Virus record (IMG/VR): IMGVR_UViG_3300049847_000465
Span: 1 to 28,244 of that record
Source: a virus
Lineage: Duplodnaviria; Caudoviricetes
DNA length: 28,244 nt
Strand: one strand, 5' to 3'
Shown: one piece after another, positions 8,286-15,781 of the stretch
Position numbering within the stretch: position 1 is the stretch's first letter
How the letters are laid out: every line of letters begins with the position of its first letter
Made by a program: the position numbers and the translations under genes
The notes under the pieces: generated by a model
Seen by the model: only the letters and a program-made list of their open reading frames with translations
Told to the model about the DNA's origin: nothing
The model's database searches: none

Positions 8286-9691
8286 TGCCCTCGAAAAAGA
8301 TACCGCGCAGTCTGACGCTGGGCTTGATAGAGCCGCAGGATGCTGCGCGCATCTTTGCCCAGCGTGGGACGATACGCTACAGCTTCTCTTGGGAGGACGT
8401 TTGGGCTCACGAGCACAGCAATGCCTTCACGGTGGCCAAGATCAACCGACTGGATTTGCTGACACTGATTTACAACGAGCTGGACAAGGCCATTAATGAA
8501 GGCACCTCGCTGGCAGAGTTTGAGAAAGCGCTCAGGCCGATCTTGGCCAAGGAAGGCTACTGGGGCCAGGTTGAAGTCAAAGACCCTGCCACAGGCGAAG
8601 TGGCGACCACCACTATAAACTCCAAGCGACTACAGCTCATCTACGATCTGAACTTGCGCCAGAGTTTTGCGGCGGGGGCTTGGGAACGCGCGCAGCGCAC
8701 CAAAGATGTAAACCCCTTGATGATCTATGTGACCATGCATGATGAGCGCGTGCGTGCCTCGCATGCCGTTTGGGACTACACCATCCTCCCCATTGATCAC
8801 TCGTTTTGGAAAACGCATTTCCCGCCCAACGGCTGGCGCTGCCGTTGCCACGCCTTCGCCATTGATGCCGCCACGGCTACCCAATTGCAAAAGGCAGGCA
8901 AGCCGGTGAAGTTTGACGCGCCCGAAGAGAAGCTGGTGCCCTACACCAATAGTCGTACCGGCGAAACGATTCATGTGCCTCACGGCATTGATCCCGGCTT
9001 TGGCTACAACCCCGGCATGAATCGCCAAAGCGAGCTGGCAGGCATTGCGGTGGACAGGCAAAGCCAGGTGCCCGCAGCCCTATCTTTGAAGCAACGCAAA
9101 GAACGTGATGCCTCGGTGCGTGACTTCTTTGAGCGCATCAACAATACCGGCGGTGATTACGACGCGATAGACAGGCTTCTCAAAGCGCGGCTCAAGCGTT
9201 ATGGCTTTGATGCGAGCGCGCTCACGCAGGGTGAACGCATGGCGATCTATGCCTACGCTGACCAAGGCTATATGACCATCAATGCAGTACTGCGCAGTGA
9301 GTTAGCCGTATTGCCAGGTGATCTGCAAACGGTATCTGACACCATAGAGGCCTTGATCTCGGGCATGCGCCAGTTGCCACAGATTGAGGCTACTGTTGTG
9401 CGTCGCGTGGAATTGGAGGGGCGCAAGATAGCGCGACTCAATCCGGGCGATATCCTGGATGATCCTTCCTTCATGTCGGCCAGCTATAACAATCTGCTGA
9501 ACAAGCCCGATGTGTTTTCTTACCGTGAAGTGCGCATGATCATTCATGCCCGCAAGGCGCGCAATATCGAGTTTCTTTCGCCACTGCAGGAGTATGAGCG
9601 CGAGGTGGTGTTTCTGCCGGGATCACGCTTTCGGGTGTTGCGCAACACTCGGGTAGGCGTTAATGTTGAAATGGAGCTTGAAGAGCTATGA
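8285..9691 (+). CDS. MuF (gp30-like) minor head protein fused to a C-terminal ADP-ribosyltransferase domain
   Basis: MuF motifs AFTVAK, DERVRASH, FPPNGWRCRC and GIDPGFGYNPG, followed by an extension with AIYAY...Y..IN..LR, TVVRR, FMSAS and EREVVFLPGSRFRV (R-S-E ART signature). Confidence 0.9.
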   Translation: MPSKKIPRSLTLGLIEPQDAARIFAQRGTIRYSFSWEDVWAHEHSNAFTVAKINRLDLLTLIYNELDKAINEGTSLAEFEKALRPILAKEGYWGQVEVKDPATGEVATTTINSKRLQLIYDLNLRQSFAAGAWERAQRTKDVNPLMIYVTMHDERVRASHAVWDYTILPIDHSFWKTHFPPNGWRCRCHAFAIDAATATQLQKAGKPVKFDAPEEKLVPYTNSRTGETIHVPHGIDPGFGYNPGMNRQSELAGIAVDRQSQVPAALSLKQRKERDASVRDFFERINNTGGDYDAIDRLLKARLKRYGFDASALTQGERMAIYAYADQGYMTINAVLRSELAVLPGDLQTVSDTIEALISGMRQLPQIEATVVRRVELEGRKIARLNPGDILDDPSFMSASYNNLLNKPDVFSYREVRMIIHARKARNIEFLSPLQEYEREVVFLPGSRFRVLRNTRVGVNVEMELEEL

Positions 9692-9700
9692 TAGGTGGTC

Positions 9701-9931
9701 ATGAATACCCTGGATAACTTGCCTGAAACTGTCCGAGCAGATGTCTATGCTGCCGTGGGTATCGCCGTGGACAAATCGCTGACGACACAAGAGCATGCCC
9801 AGTTGCTGCTCACCTATCAGCGTATGCATCGCATGCAATCCGAGGCGGGGTATATTCCGACTGACTGGCCATTGCCCGATCGCAAGGCCTGCAGCGCAGC
9901 GCGCATGTTTCTGCTGGAAGCCACAGCGTGA
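9701..9931 (+). CDS. Small hypothetical protein, candidate immunity/partner of the MuF-ART
   Basis: 76 aa with AGGTGG RBS, inserted between F and G and overlapping the G start (GTGA). Confidence 0.6.
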   Translation: MNTLDNLPETVRADVYAAVGIAVDKSLTTQEHAQLLLTYQRMHRMQSEAGYIPTDWPLPDRKACSAARMFLLEATA

Positions 9932-10395
9932 GCGATCAATTCATCACTCGGCTTGAGGGCGAGCAAGAGTTGCTACGCCAGCTGCGTGCCGTACAGCACA
10001 AGCTGGACTATGCGCGTCCAATGTACGAGCGCATTGGCGCTGTCATGGAGCGCAATATCAATTTACGCTTTGAAACCAAGAAAGACCCGGCGGGTGTCAA
10101 CTGGACACCCTGGAAGCCGCGCACGGTGCATCAATACTCTCTCGCTTCCAAGGGCCGCAAGCAGGGCTCGCTGCTGGAGCGCACACGTCGCATGCGCAAC
10201 TCGCTGGCCTACAATGCGAGCAACACCAATACAGAAATAGGCTTCTCGGTGCCGTATGCCCAGTATCATGAAACGGGCACCAGCAAAATGGTGCGCCGTG
10301 GTCTGCTGGTCGCAGATATTCAGCATGGCGAACTGGGCCAGGCTGATCGCAGTGACATCCTGCAGGTCGTGAGTCAATATCTCAATCCTGCCTGA
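9928..10395 (+). CDS. Virion morphogenesis protein, Mu gpG-like
   Basis: RFETKKDPAGVNWTPW, LLERTRRMRNSL and YAQYHETGT motifs, with synteny after F. Confidence 0.9.
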   Translation: MSDQFITRLEGEQELLRQLRAVQHKLDYARPMYERIGAVMERNINLRFETKKDPAGVNWTPWKPRTVHQYSLASKGRKQGSLLERTRRMRNSLAYNASNTNTEIGFSVPYAQYHETGTSKMVRRGLLVADIQHGELGQADRSDILQVVSQYLNPA

Positions 10396-10404
10396 CAGCC
10401 CTGC

Positions 10405-10460
10405 ATTTCGTAAAGCGCTTTAGGTAGTTCAAATGCGCAAGGTCTCGCACACTGCGAGGC
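10405..10460 (+). promoter_or_regulatory. Candidate activator-dependent late promoter upstream of I
   Basis: Perfect 12-bp palindrome TAAAGCGCTTTA (10411-10422), -10-like CACACT (10448-10453) 7 nt before the ATG, and no -35. Position corresponds to Mu P(I). Confidence 0.55.
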
Positions 10461-11480
10461 ATGAAGCGTACCCCAGCCCTCATCACATTGCTCGCACTGT
10501 CGCACTCGGCGCTGGCCACCACGGCAGCCTCGGGTGAAGTCTTGCTGTTGCCTGCGGGTCAGGTGCGTACGATTGACTTTGACAAGCGTGAGCTGAGCTG
10601 GACGGTGGGTGACGCTGAAGGGCAGGCTCTCGCACAAAAGCTCAACGCTCGTGTCAAGGATCGTGAGATCGTTTTCGACTACGAACATCAAACACAGCTC
10701 GCCTCTGAAAACGGTCAGCCTGCCCCAGCCAGTGGCTGGATGACGGCCTTCACCTGGAAGCCTGGTGTCGGCCTCTTCGCTGCCGTTAAGTGGACGGAGC
10801 GTGCCAAGGCCTTCATTGAGGCCAATGAATACAAATACCTCTCGCCCGTGCTGGCGAGCATCAAAGGCAAAGTCACTGATCTCATTTCAGTGGCGCTCAC
10901 CAATCTACCGGCGCTCTCGGGCCTTGCCTCCGTGGCATCCCGCATGAGCGCTCATCTTTCCAACCCCGACGAACACTCTCAGGAGAAAAACATGGATTTG
11001 CTCAATGCATTGCTGGCCAAGCTCGGTTTGTCTGGTGATACCAGCCAGGAACGTGCGCTGGAAGAAGTTGTGGCGCTCAAGGCCAAGGCCGACAGTCTCG
11101 CCACTAAAGACGGCGAGATCACCACGCTCAAGTCGCATGCCGATACGGCTAACGCCACCATCACCAAGCTGCAGGCTGAGATCGGCAGCTTCCGCGCCGC
11201 TGAAGCCAAGCGCGAGATGGATGAGCTGATCGGCACGGCACTCAAAGACGGCAAGCTGCTGCCCGCGCAAGAGGCCTGGGCCCGCACCCTGTCGGTAGAC
11301 ACGCTCAAAGGCTTCGTGGCCAATGCGCCGCAAATCAGCGCGCTCAGTGGCAAGACACAAACCACGTCAGAGTCTGGCAACAAGTCGGCCTTGGAGCCGC
11401 ACGAGATTGCCATCTGCAAGGCGATGAATGTCTCGGAAGAGTCCTACCTCAAGCAAAAACAACTGACCGAGACGGCTTAG
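10461..11480 (+). CDS. Prohead protease/scaffold, Mu gpI-like
   Basis: FDYEHQT, PAPASGW, WTERA, EYKYLSPV and ALTNLPAL motifs, with C-terminal scaffold region (ALKDGKLLPAQEAWA). Confidence 0.95.
   Translation: MKRTPALITLLALSHSALATTAASGEVLLLPAGQVRTIDFDKRELSWTVGDAEGQALAQKLNARVKDREIVFDYEHQTQLASENGQPAPASGWMTAFTWKPGVGLFAAVKWTERAKAFIEANEYKYLSPVLASIKGKVTDLISVALTNLPALSGLASVASRMSAHLSNPDEHSQEKNMDLLNALLAKLGLSGDTSQERALEEVVALKAKADSLATKDGEITTLKSHADTANATITKLQAEIGSFRAAEAKREMDELIGTALKDGKLLPAQEAWARTLSVDTLKGFVANAPQISALSGKTQTTSESGNKSALEPHEIAICKAMNVSEESYLKQKQLTETA
10992..11480 (+). CDS. Scaffold protein (Mu gpZ-like) from an in-frame internal start
   Basis: Strong internal RBS AGGAG-AAAAAC-ATG, in frame with I at the protease/scaffold boundary. 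Confidence 0.7.
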   Translation: MDLLNALLAKLGLSGDTSQERALEEVVALKAKADSLATKDGEITTLKSHADTANATITKLQAEIGSFRAAEAKREMDELIGTALKDGKLLPAQEAWARTLSVDTLKGFVANAPQISALSGKTQTTSESGNKSALEPHEIAICKAMNVSEESYLKQKQLTETA

Positions 11481-11539
11481 TCGCCACTCGTAACCAAGCT
11501 CACAACACAAGGCCCCACACGGCATAACTGGAGAACACG

Positions 11540-11953
11540 ATGGCTGCACTGACTGCTGATCGCAACACGTCACGGCGTGACATGAACAACTACTCGTTCC
11601 CTGTCAAGGGCGCGACCAAGCTTTTCGCGGGCTCATTGGCTTGCATAGATGCGACGGGCTTTCTCACCAAAGGCGCTGTATCTACCACGCTAAAAGCAGT
11701 GGGTCGTTGCCAGGCAACGTATGACAACACGGCAGGCATTGATGGTGCCATCAATGCCGAAGTCATGCCTGGCTGCTTTCGCTTTGCCAACAGCTCGGCA
11801 GGTGATCAGATCACGCTCGCTGCAGTGGGCTCGCAATGCTTCATCGTGGATGACCAGACGGTAGCGCTCACCAACGGTACCTCTACCCGTTCCGTTGCAG
11901 GCATCGTGCGCGACGTAGATGCCACGGGCGTCTGGGTGCAAGTCGGCATCTAA
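11540..11953 (+). CDS. Probable capsid decoration/cement protein
   Basis: MAALTADRNT...CFIVDDQTVA.T.GT.TRSVAG...DVDATGVWV, located between protease and capsid genes as in Mu-like siphophages. Confidence 0.75.
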   Translation: MAALTADRNTSRRDMNNYSFPVKGATKLFAGSLACIDATGFLTKGAVSTTLKAVGRCQATYDNTAGIDGAINAEVMPGCFRFANSSAGDQITLAAVGSQCFIVDDQTVALTNGTSTRSVAGIVRDVDATGVWVQVGI

Positions 11954-11989
11954 GAGACCACCTAACCAGTCCCACCACCGGAGAACACA

Positions 11990-12883
11990 ATGCAATTGAA
12001 TCGCGGCAATCTTTCTGCCTTCACCACGGGCTTGCAAACGACCTTTAACCAGGCATTCCTGCAAGCGCCTACCGACTATGAGCAATACACCATGACGGTG
12101 CCCAGCTCAACGTCTCAAGAACAATATGCCTGGATGGGCTTGATCCCTGGTCTGCGCGAGTGGGTCGGTGATCGTCAATTGGCCAATATCAAGAGCTACG
12201 ACTACACCATCAAGAACAAAGACTGGGAACGCACACTCGAAGTGTTGCGCACCGACATTGAAGATGACACCTACGGTATCTACTCACCGATGGCCGCGAT
12301 GTTGGGCATGGAAGCCAAGCGCCATCCTCAAGAGTTGATCAGCTCGCTGCTCATCAATGGCTTCACCAGCAAGTGCTACGACGGCCAGAACTTCTTTGAT
12401 ACCAATCACCCGACCTACAACCAGGACGGCACAGTGACCTTGGTCTCCAACAATATGGGCGGCGCAAGCAACCCTTGGTATCTGGTGGAAGACAAGCGCG
12501 GCGTGATGCCCTTCATCTTCCAAAAACGCAAAGACCCTCAGTTTGTGACGATGGACAAGCTGGACGATGAGTCCGTGTTCATGCGCAAGCAGTTCCGTTA
12601 CGGCGTGGACTATCGCGGTAACGTGGGCTACGGTCTGTGGCAGTTGTGTTTTGCCTCCAAGCAGACACTGGACGCTACGGGCTATCAGGCAGCGCGTGCC
12701 GCCATGATGTCTCAAACGGGTGATGAGGGTCGCAAGCTCGGCACTATCCCTGGCCTCTTGATCTGCGGCCCCTCAAATGAGGCGGCAGCCAAGACGTTGC
12801 TCAACGCAGACTTCCTGGCCAATGGCTCAACCAACGTCTACAAGGGCACGGCCAAGTTGATCGTGTCTCCTTACCTGCCTTAA
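11990..12883 (+). CDS. Major capsid protein, Mu gpT-like
   Basis: LREWVGDR, IEDDTYGIY, CYDGQNFFDTNHP, PFIFQKRK and YGVDYRGNVGYGLWQL motifs. Confidence 0.96.
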   Translation: MQLNRGNLSAFTTGLQTTFNQAFLQAPTDYEQYTMTVPSSTSQEQYAWMGLIPGLREWVGDRQLANIKSYDYTIKNKDWERTLEVLRTDIEDDTYGIYSPMAAMLGMEAKRHPQELISSLLINGFTSKCYDGQNFFDTNHPTYNQDGTVTLVSNNMGGASNPWYLVEDKRGVMPFIFQKRKDPQFVTMDKLDDESVFMRKQFRYGVDYRGNVGYGLWQLCFASKQTLDATGYQAARAAMMSQTGDEGRKLGTIPGLLICGPSNEAAAKTLLNADFLANGSTNVYKGTAKLIVSPYLP

Positions 12884-12921
12884 TCGGCTGTTTGATTTAT
12901 CACTATCTAGGACTGACAAAC

Positions 12922-13137
12922 ATGGCAACAAAAAAACCAGCAGCGGCAGGCGCTGCGACCAAAGGCATCAAGGTAGTGTGCGCAGCGGCGTCCTACTACC
13001 GTGGTGGCATTCAGTTCAGCAAGGAGCCCAAGGTGGTGAGCCTGGCTGATCTGAGTGAAGAACAACTGGCCGAGATCAAGGGCGATCCTGATCTGGCTGT
13101 CGTCGAAGTGGATATCGCTGCCGACGACGCAAAGTAG
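12922..13137 (+). CDS. Mu gp35/HI1506-like small protein
   Basis: ATG 12922 after AGGA. YYRGGIQFS...LSEEQLAEIKGDPDLAV motif, located after the capsid gene. Confidence 0.75.
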   Translation: MATKKPAAAGAATKGIKVVCAAASYYRGGIQFSKEPKVVSLADLSEEQLAEIKGDPDLAVVEVDIAADDAK

Positions 13138-13230
13138 CGTGGGGGAAGTCCACGGTGGCTGCCGCTCGCGCGTGGAGGCAGGCTAGTTGAGTCGTCGCGG
13201 CGCTTGAGCAATCAAGTGACGGCTCGGCAC
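13138..13230 (+). ncRNA. Candidate structured RNA element (three hairpins)
   Basis: Pairings CGTGGG/TCCACG, CTGCC/GGCAG, and GAGTCGT/ACGGCTC stacked on CGCTTGA-GCAA-TCAAGTG (GNRA loop). Confidence 0.4.
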
Positions 13231-13253
13231 CAATGTAACGAATGAGGCATGAC

Positions 13254-13430
13254 ATGAAAAAAAGCTACGACGTGATCAAGGATATTGAGCTGGACGGTGA
13301 GCATCTCAAGCCCGGAAAGCAGATCGACTTGACGGATGAGCAGGCGGCCTATCCGCTGCAGGAAGGTCATATCGTCGCCACGCCAGAAGTGCCCGCTGCC
13401 GCTCCCAAGCGCAGCAAGGCTGCTGAGTAA
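13254..13430 (+). CDS. Small hypothetical head-associated protein
   Basis: 58 aa with GAGG RBS. The YDVIKDIELDGEHLKPGKQIDLTDEQA pattern is typical of small proteins next to capsid genes. Confidence 0.65.
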   Translation: MKKSYDVIKDIELDGEHLKPGKQIDLTDEQAAYPLQEGHIVATPEVPAAAPKRSKAAE

Positions 13431-13458
13431 TCGTATTTCCTAAGCGCACCCCCGCGAC

Positions 13459-13884
13459 ATGACTATTTACGCTACCCAACAAGACATGCTCTCGGCCTTT
13501 GGCGAGCGCGAGATGATCTCGCTCACCGATATCCGTCAGCCGCGCCTGGACGCCGTGAACACCGATGTGCTCAACACATCGCTCACCGATGCCAGCGCCG
13601 AGATTGACGGCTACCTCGCAGGTCAGGTGGCCTTGCCCCTGACCATCGTGCCCAACATCCTGCGCGTGTATTGCATCGACATGGCGCGCTATCGCCTGCA
13701 GCACACCGAGGCGGATGAACAAGTCAAGGCGCGCTACGACGCCGCCATTGCTTATCTAAAGATGGTGGCCAAGGGCGACGTGCGTTTGACCCTGCCTGCA
13801 GGCGGTGATGTGCCCGAGGCCAACGGCGGCGGTGTGCAGTTCACCACGGGCAGCAAGGTGATGGGTAGAGAGAGCTATGCATGA
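13459..13884 (+). CDS. Head-tail connector, Mu gp36/DUF1320-like
   Basis: YATQQDM...DASAEIDGYL...LPL...C.DMARYRL...RYDAAI.YL..VAKG motifs. Confidence 0.92.
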   Translation: MTIYATQQDMLSAFGEREMISLTDIRQPRLDAVNTDVLNTSLTDASAEIDGYLAGQVALPLTIVPNILRVYCIDMARYRLQHTEADEQVKARYDAAIAYLKMVAKGDVRLTLPAGGDVPEANGGGVQFTTGSKVMGRESYA

Positions 13885-14321
13885 AGCCCGGCGACAACTA
13901 CTTCGCGACGCAGGACGAACTGCTGGCGCGGCTGCAGGAGCTGCTGCCCGAGCTGAAGGCGCAGACGCTGGAAGAAATACGCGCGGCAGAGCGCAGCAAG
14001 AATCTGAACGACAAGGTGTTGTACGTCGTCTACGACGGGGATACGGTACGCAGCGGCGACAACGTGCAGCGACAAACGCGCGGTCAGTTTGTGACACAGC
14101 GCTGGTTTGTGCTGCTGGGCATACGCGATGCGAAGCAGCAAGAAGCCCCTTCGCACAACACGGCAGGGCCGCTGCTGAGCAAGATCATCAGCGCCCTCAA
14201 CGGATGGCAGCCCAGTACCGCACGCATACCCATGCGACGCATCACCGGGCCGTCAGTGGACTACGGCACGAACTTCACGCTGTACCCGCTGGCGTTTGAA
14301 TTGGAATTGATCACACACTAG
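13881..14321 (+). CDS. Tail terminator protein, gp37-like
   Basis: VVYDGD, QRWFVLL, AGPLLSKIISALNGWQP and YPLAF motifs, between connector and tube. ATGA overlap. Confidence 0.8.
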   Translation: MKPGDNYFATQDELLARLQELLPELKAQTLEEIRAAERSKNLNDKVLYVVYDGDTVRSGDNVQRQTRGQFVTQRWFVLLGIRDAKQQEAPSHNTAGPLLSKIISALNGWQPSTARIPMRRITGPSVDYGTNFTLYPLAFELELITH

Positions 14322-14330
14322 GAGAGCACA

Positions 14331-15092
14331 ATGGCTCAAGGTTACTCTGGACAAGGCAAGGTTTATTTGGGTCTGCGTCAGTCAAATGGCACACCAGACC
14401 TGATGCGCTGGATAGGCAATACATCCGACTTCACCATTGCGCAGCAGGAAGACGTGATCGCCCGTGATGAGTCTTACTCGGGCAACCGCTCACCGTTTCG
14501 CCGTCAGGTTAAAAAGGTCGGTGCGGAGATCAGCTTCACTACGGACGAATACTCCAAAGAGAATCTCGCGCTGGCCATGCGTGCGCTCACCACGGTGGTG
14601 GCAGCTGGCACAGCAGTGACAGGCTACGTGCTTCCCAGCAATGCTGTAGTGGGTAGCATCTTCAGCATCCCTGCGCGTAACGTCACGGCAGTGACGTTGA
14701 AGGACAGCACGGGCTCTCCCAAGACCTTAACGCTGGGCACGAACTACACCTTGAATGCCAAAACTGGCACGATTGAGCTATTGGATATCACCGCAGGTGG
14801 CCCCTTTGTCCAGCCCTTCAAGGTGGACTACACCCCAGGTGCATACACCAAGCTCGCGGGCGTCTCTACGCCTCAGCAAGAGTACTACATCAAGTTCGAC
14901 GGTATCAACACCGACAGCGGCTTGACTGAAGTCGTTGAAGTCTTCCGCGTGAAGATCAGTGTGGCCAAGGCGCTCAAGTGGATTCTGGATGACTATCAGG
15001 ACTTCCAGTTTGATGCTACGGCCTTGCTGGATACCACCAAGACGGCGGGCGGGCCTGATGGCCAGCTCTACCACGTGACACCGAACCTCTGA
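14331..15092 (+). CDS. Major tail tube protein (non-contractile tail)
   Basis: YSGQGKVYLG, WIGN, ESYSG.R, ENLALA and FDGINT motifs with a strong RBS. No sheath gene is present. Confidence 0.85.
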   Translation: MAQGYSGQGKVYLGLRQSNGTPDLMRWIGNTSDFTIAQQEDVIARDESYSGNRSPFRRQVKKVGAEISFTTDEYSKENLALAMRALTTVVAAGTAVTGYVLPSNAVVGSIFSIPARNVTAVTLKDSTGSPKTLTLGTNYTLNAKTGTIELLDITAGGPFVQPFKVDYTPGAYTKLAGVSTPQQEYYIKFDGINTDSGLTEVVEVFRVKISVAKALKWILDDYQDFQFDATALLDTTKTAGGPDGQLYHVTPNL

Positions 15093-15126
15093 TCACTGAC
15101 CTGATCAGCTCATACACCCCCACGAT

Positions 15127-15588
15127 ATGAACAACAACAGTAACTCCATCCAGATCGTTCTGGCCGAGCCCACAACGATCACCTTTGGCTCACACAGCAT
15201 TCGCTGCATCCCTTGCGCGACGGCAGAGCTGCCCCGGCTCATCGCATTGACCGCGCCCATCTTCGCAGACCTGTTTGATGTGCAACAGGCACTCGCGGCG
15301 GGCAAGTTTGAAGTAGTGGCGCTTTTCATCGGTGCTAATGCCGAGCGCTGCATTGATCTGTGCGAGCTGGCCTCGGGCCTGCCGCGTGCGCAGATTGATC
15401 AGTTGCCTGCGGATGAGCTGGTGGAATTATTTGCCGGGCTGCTCAAGCTCAATGCCGATTTTTTTACCCGGCGGGTGATGCCCGCGCTCAAAAAGGCCGT
15501 GCCCGAAGGCCTGGTCGCGAAGCTGATGACAACGCCCTCGGATGGGCCGAGTCCTTCCAGCTCCTCATCGAACACGGGCACCGTCTAA
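15127..15588 (+). CDS. Tail assembly chaperone (lambda gpG analogue)
   Basis: Lies between tube and tape measure, with LNADFFTRRVMP motif and a C-terminal GPSPSSSSSNTGT tail overlapping a second frame. Confidence 0.8.
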   Translation: MNNNSNSIQIVLAEPTTITFGSHSIRCIPCATAELPRLIALTAPIFADLFDVQQALAAGKFEVVALFIGANAERCIDLCELASGLPRAQIDQLPADELVELFAGLLKLNADFFTRRVMPALKKAVPEGLVAKLMTTPSDGPSPSSSSSNTGTV

Positions 15589-15776
15589 GCGAGATCAAGG
15601 GCTACACGCTCGCCCAGTTTCGCCTGTTCGCGCAGACGATCCAGGCGCAGCAGGCCAAGCGTGATGCAGCGCTCGCGCTGCTGGCGTTCCAGGTGGTCTC
15701 GCAGGCGAGCAACGGCACGAAAGATTCTTCCCGAAAACTGATTGATTCATTGACACAAACCGCGCAAGGCAAGTAA
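15465..15776 (+). CDS. -1 frame extension of the tail chaperone (gpGT analogue), not in the ORF track
   Basis: -1 frame is open from T TTT TTT (15459-15465) to TAA 15774-15776. It encodes GWAESFQLLIEHGHRLSEIKGYTLAQFRLF... and fills the gap up to the tape measure start. Confidence 0.75.
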   Translation, partial: YPAGDARAQKGRARRPGREADDNALGWAESFQLLIEHGHRLSEIKGYTLAQFRLFAQTIQAQQAKRDAALALLAFQVVSQASNGTKDSSRKLIDSLTQTAQGK

Positions 15777-15781
15777 ACACA

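Noticed and set aside
10461-10530. Signal-peptide-like N-terminus of the protease (MKRTPALITLLALSHSALA)
   Set aside because: Mu gpI homologues commonly begin with a basic then Ala/Leu-rich stretch, and the protein must act on cytoplasmic proheads.
13877-14299. Alternative + frame ORF of 140 aa overlapping the tail terminator
   Set aside because: Arg/Ala-rich off-frame translation; the 13881 frame has the family motifs and the ATGA coupling.
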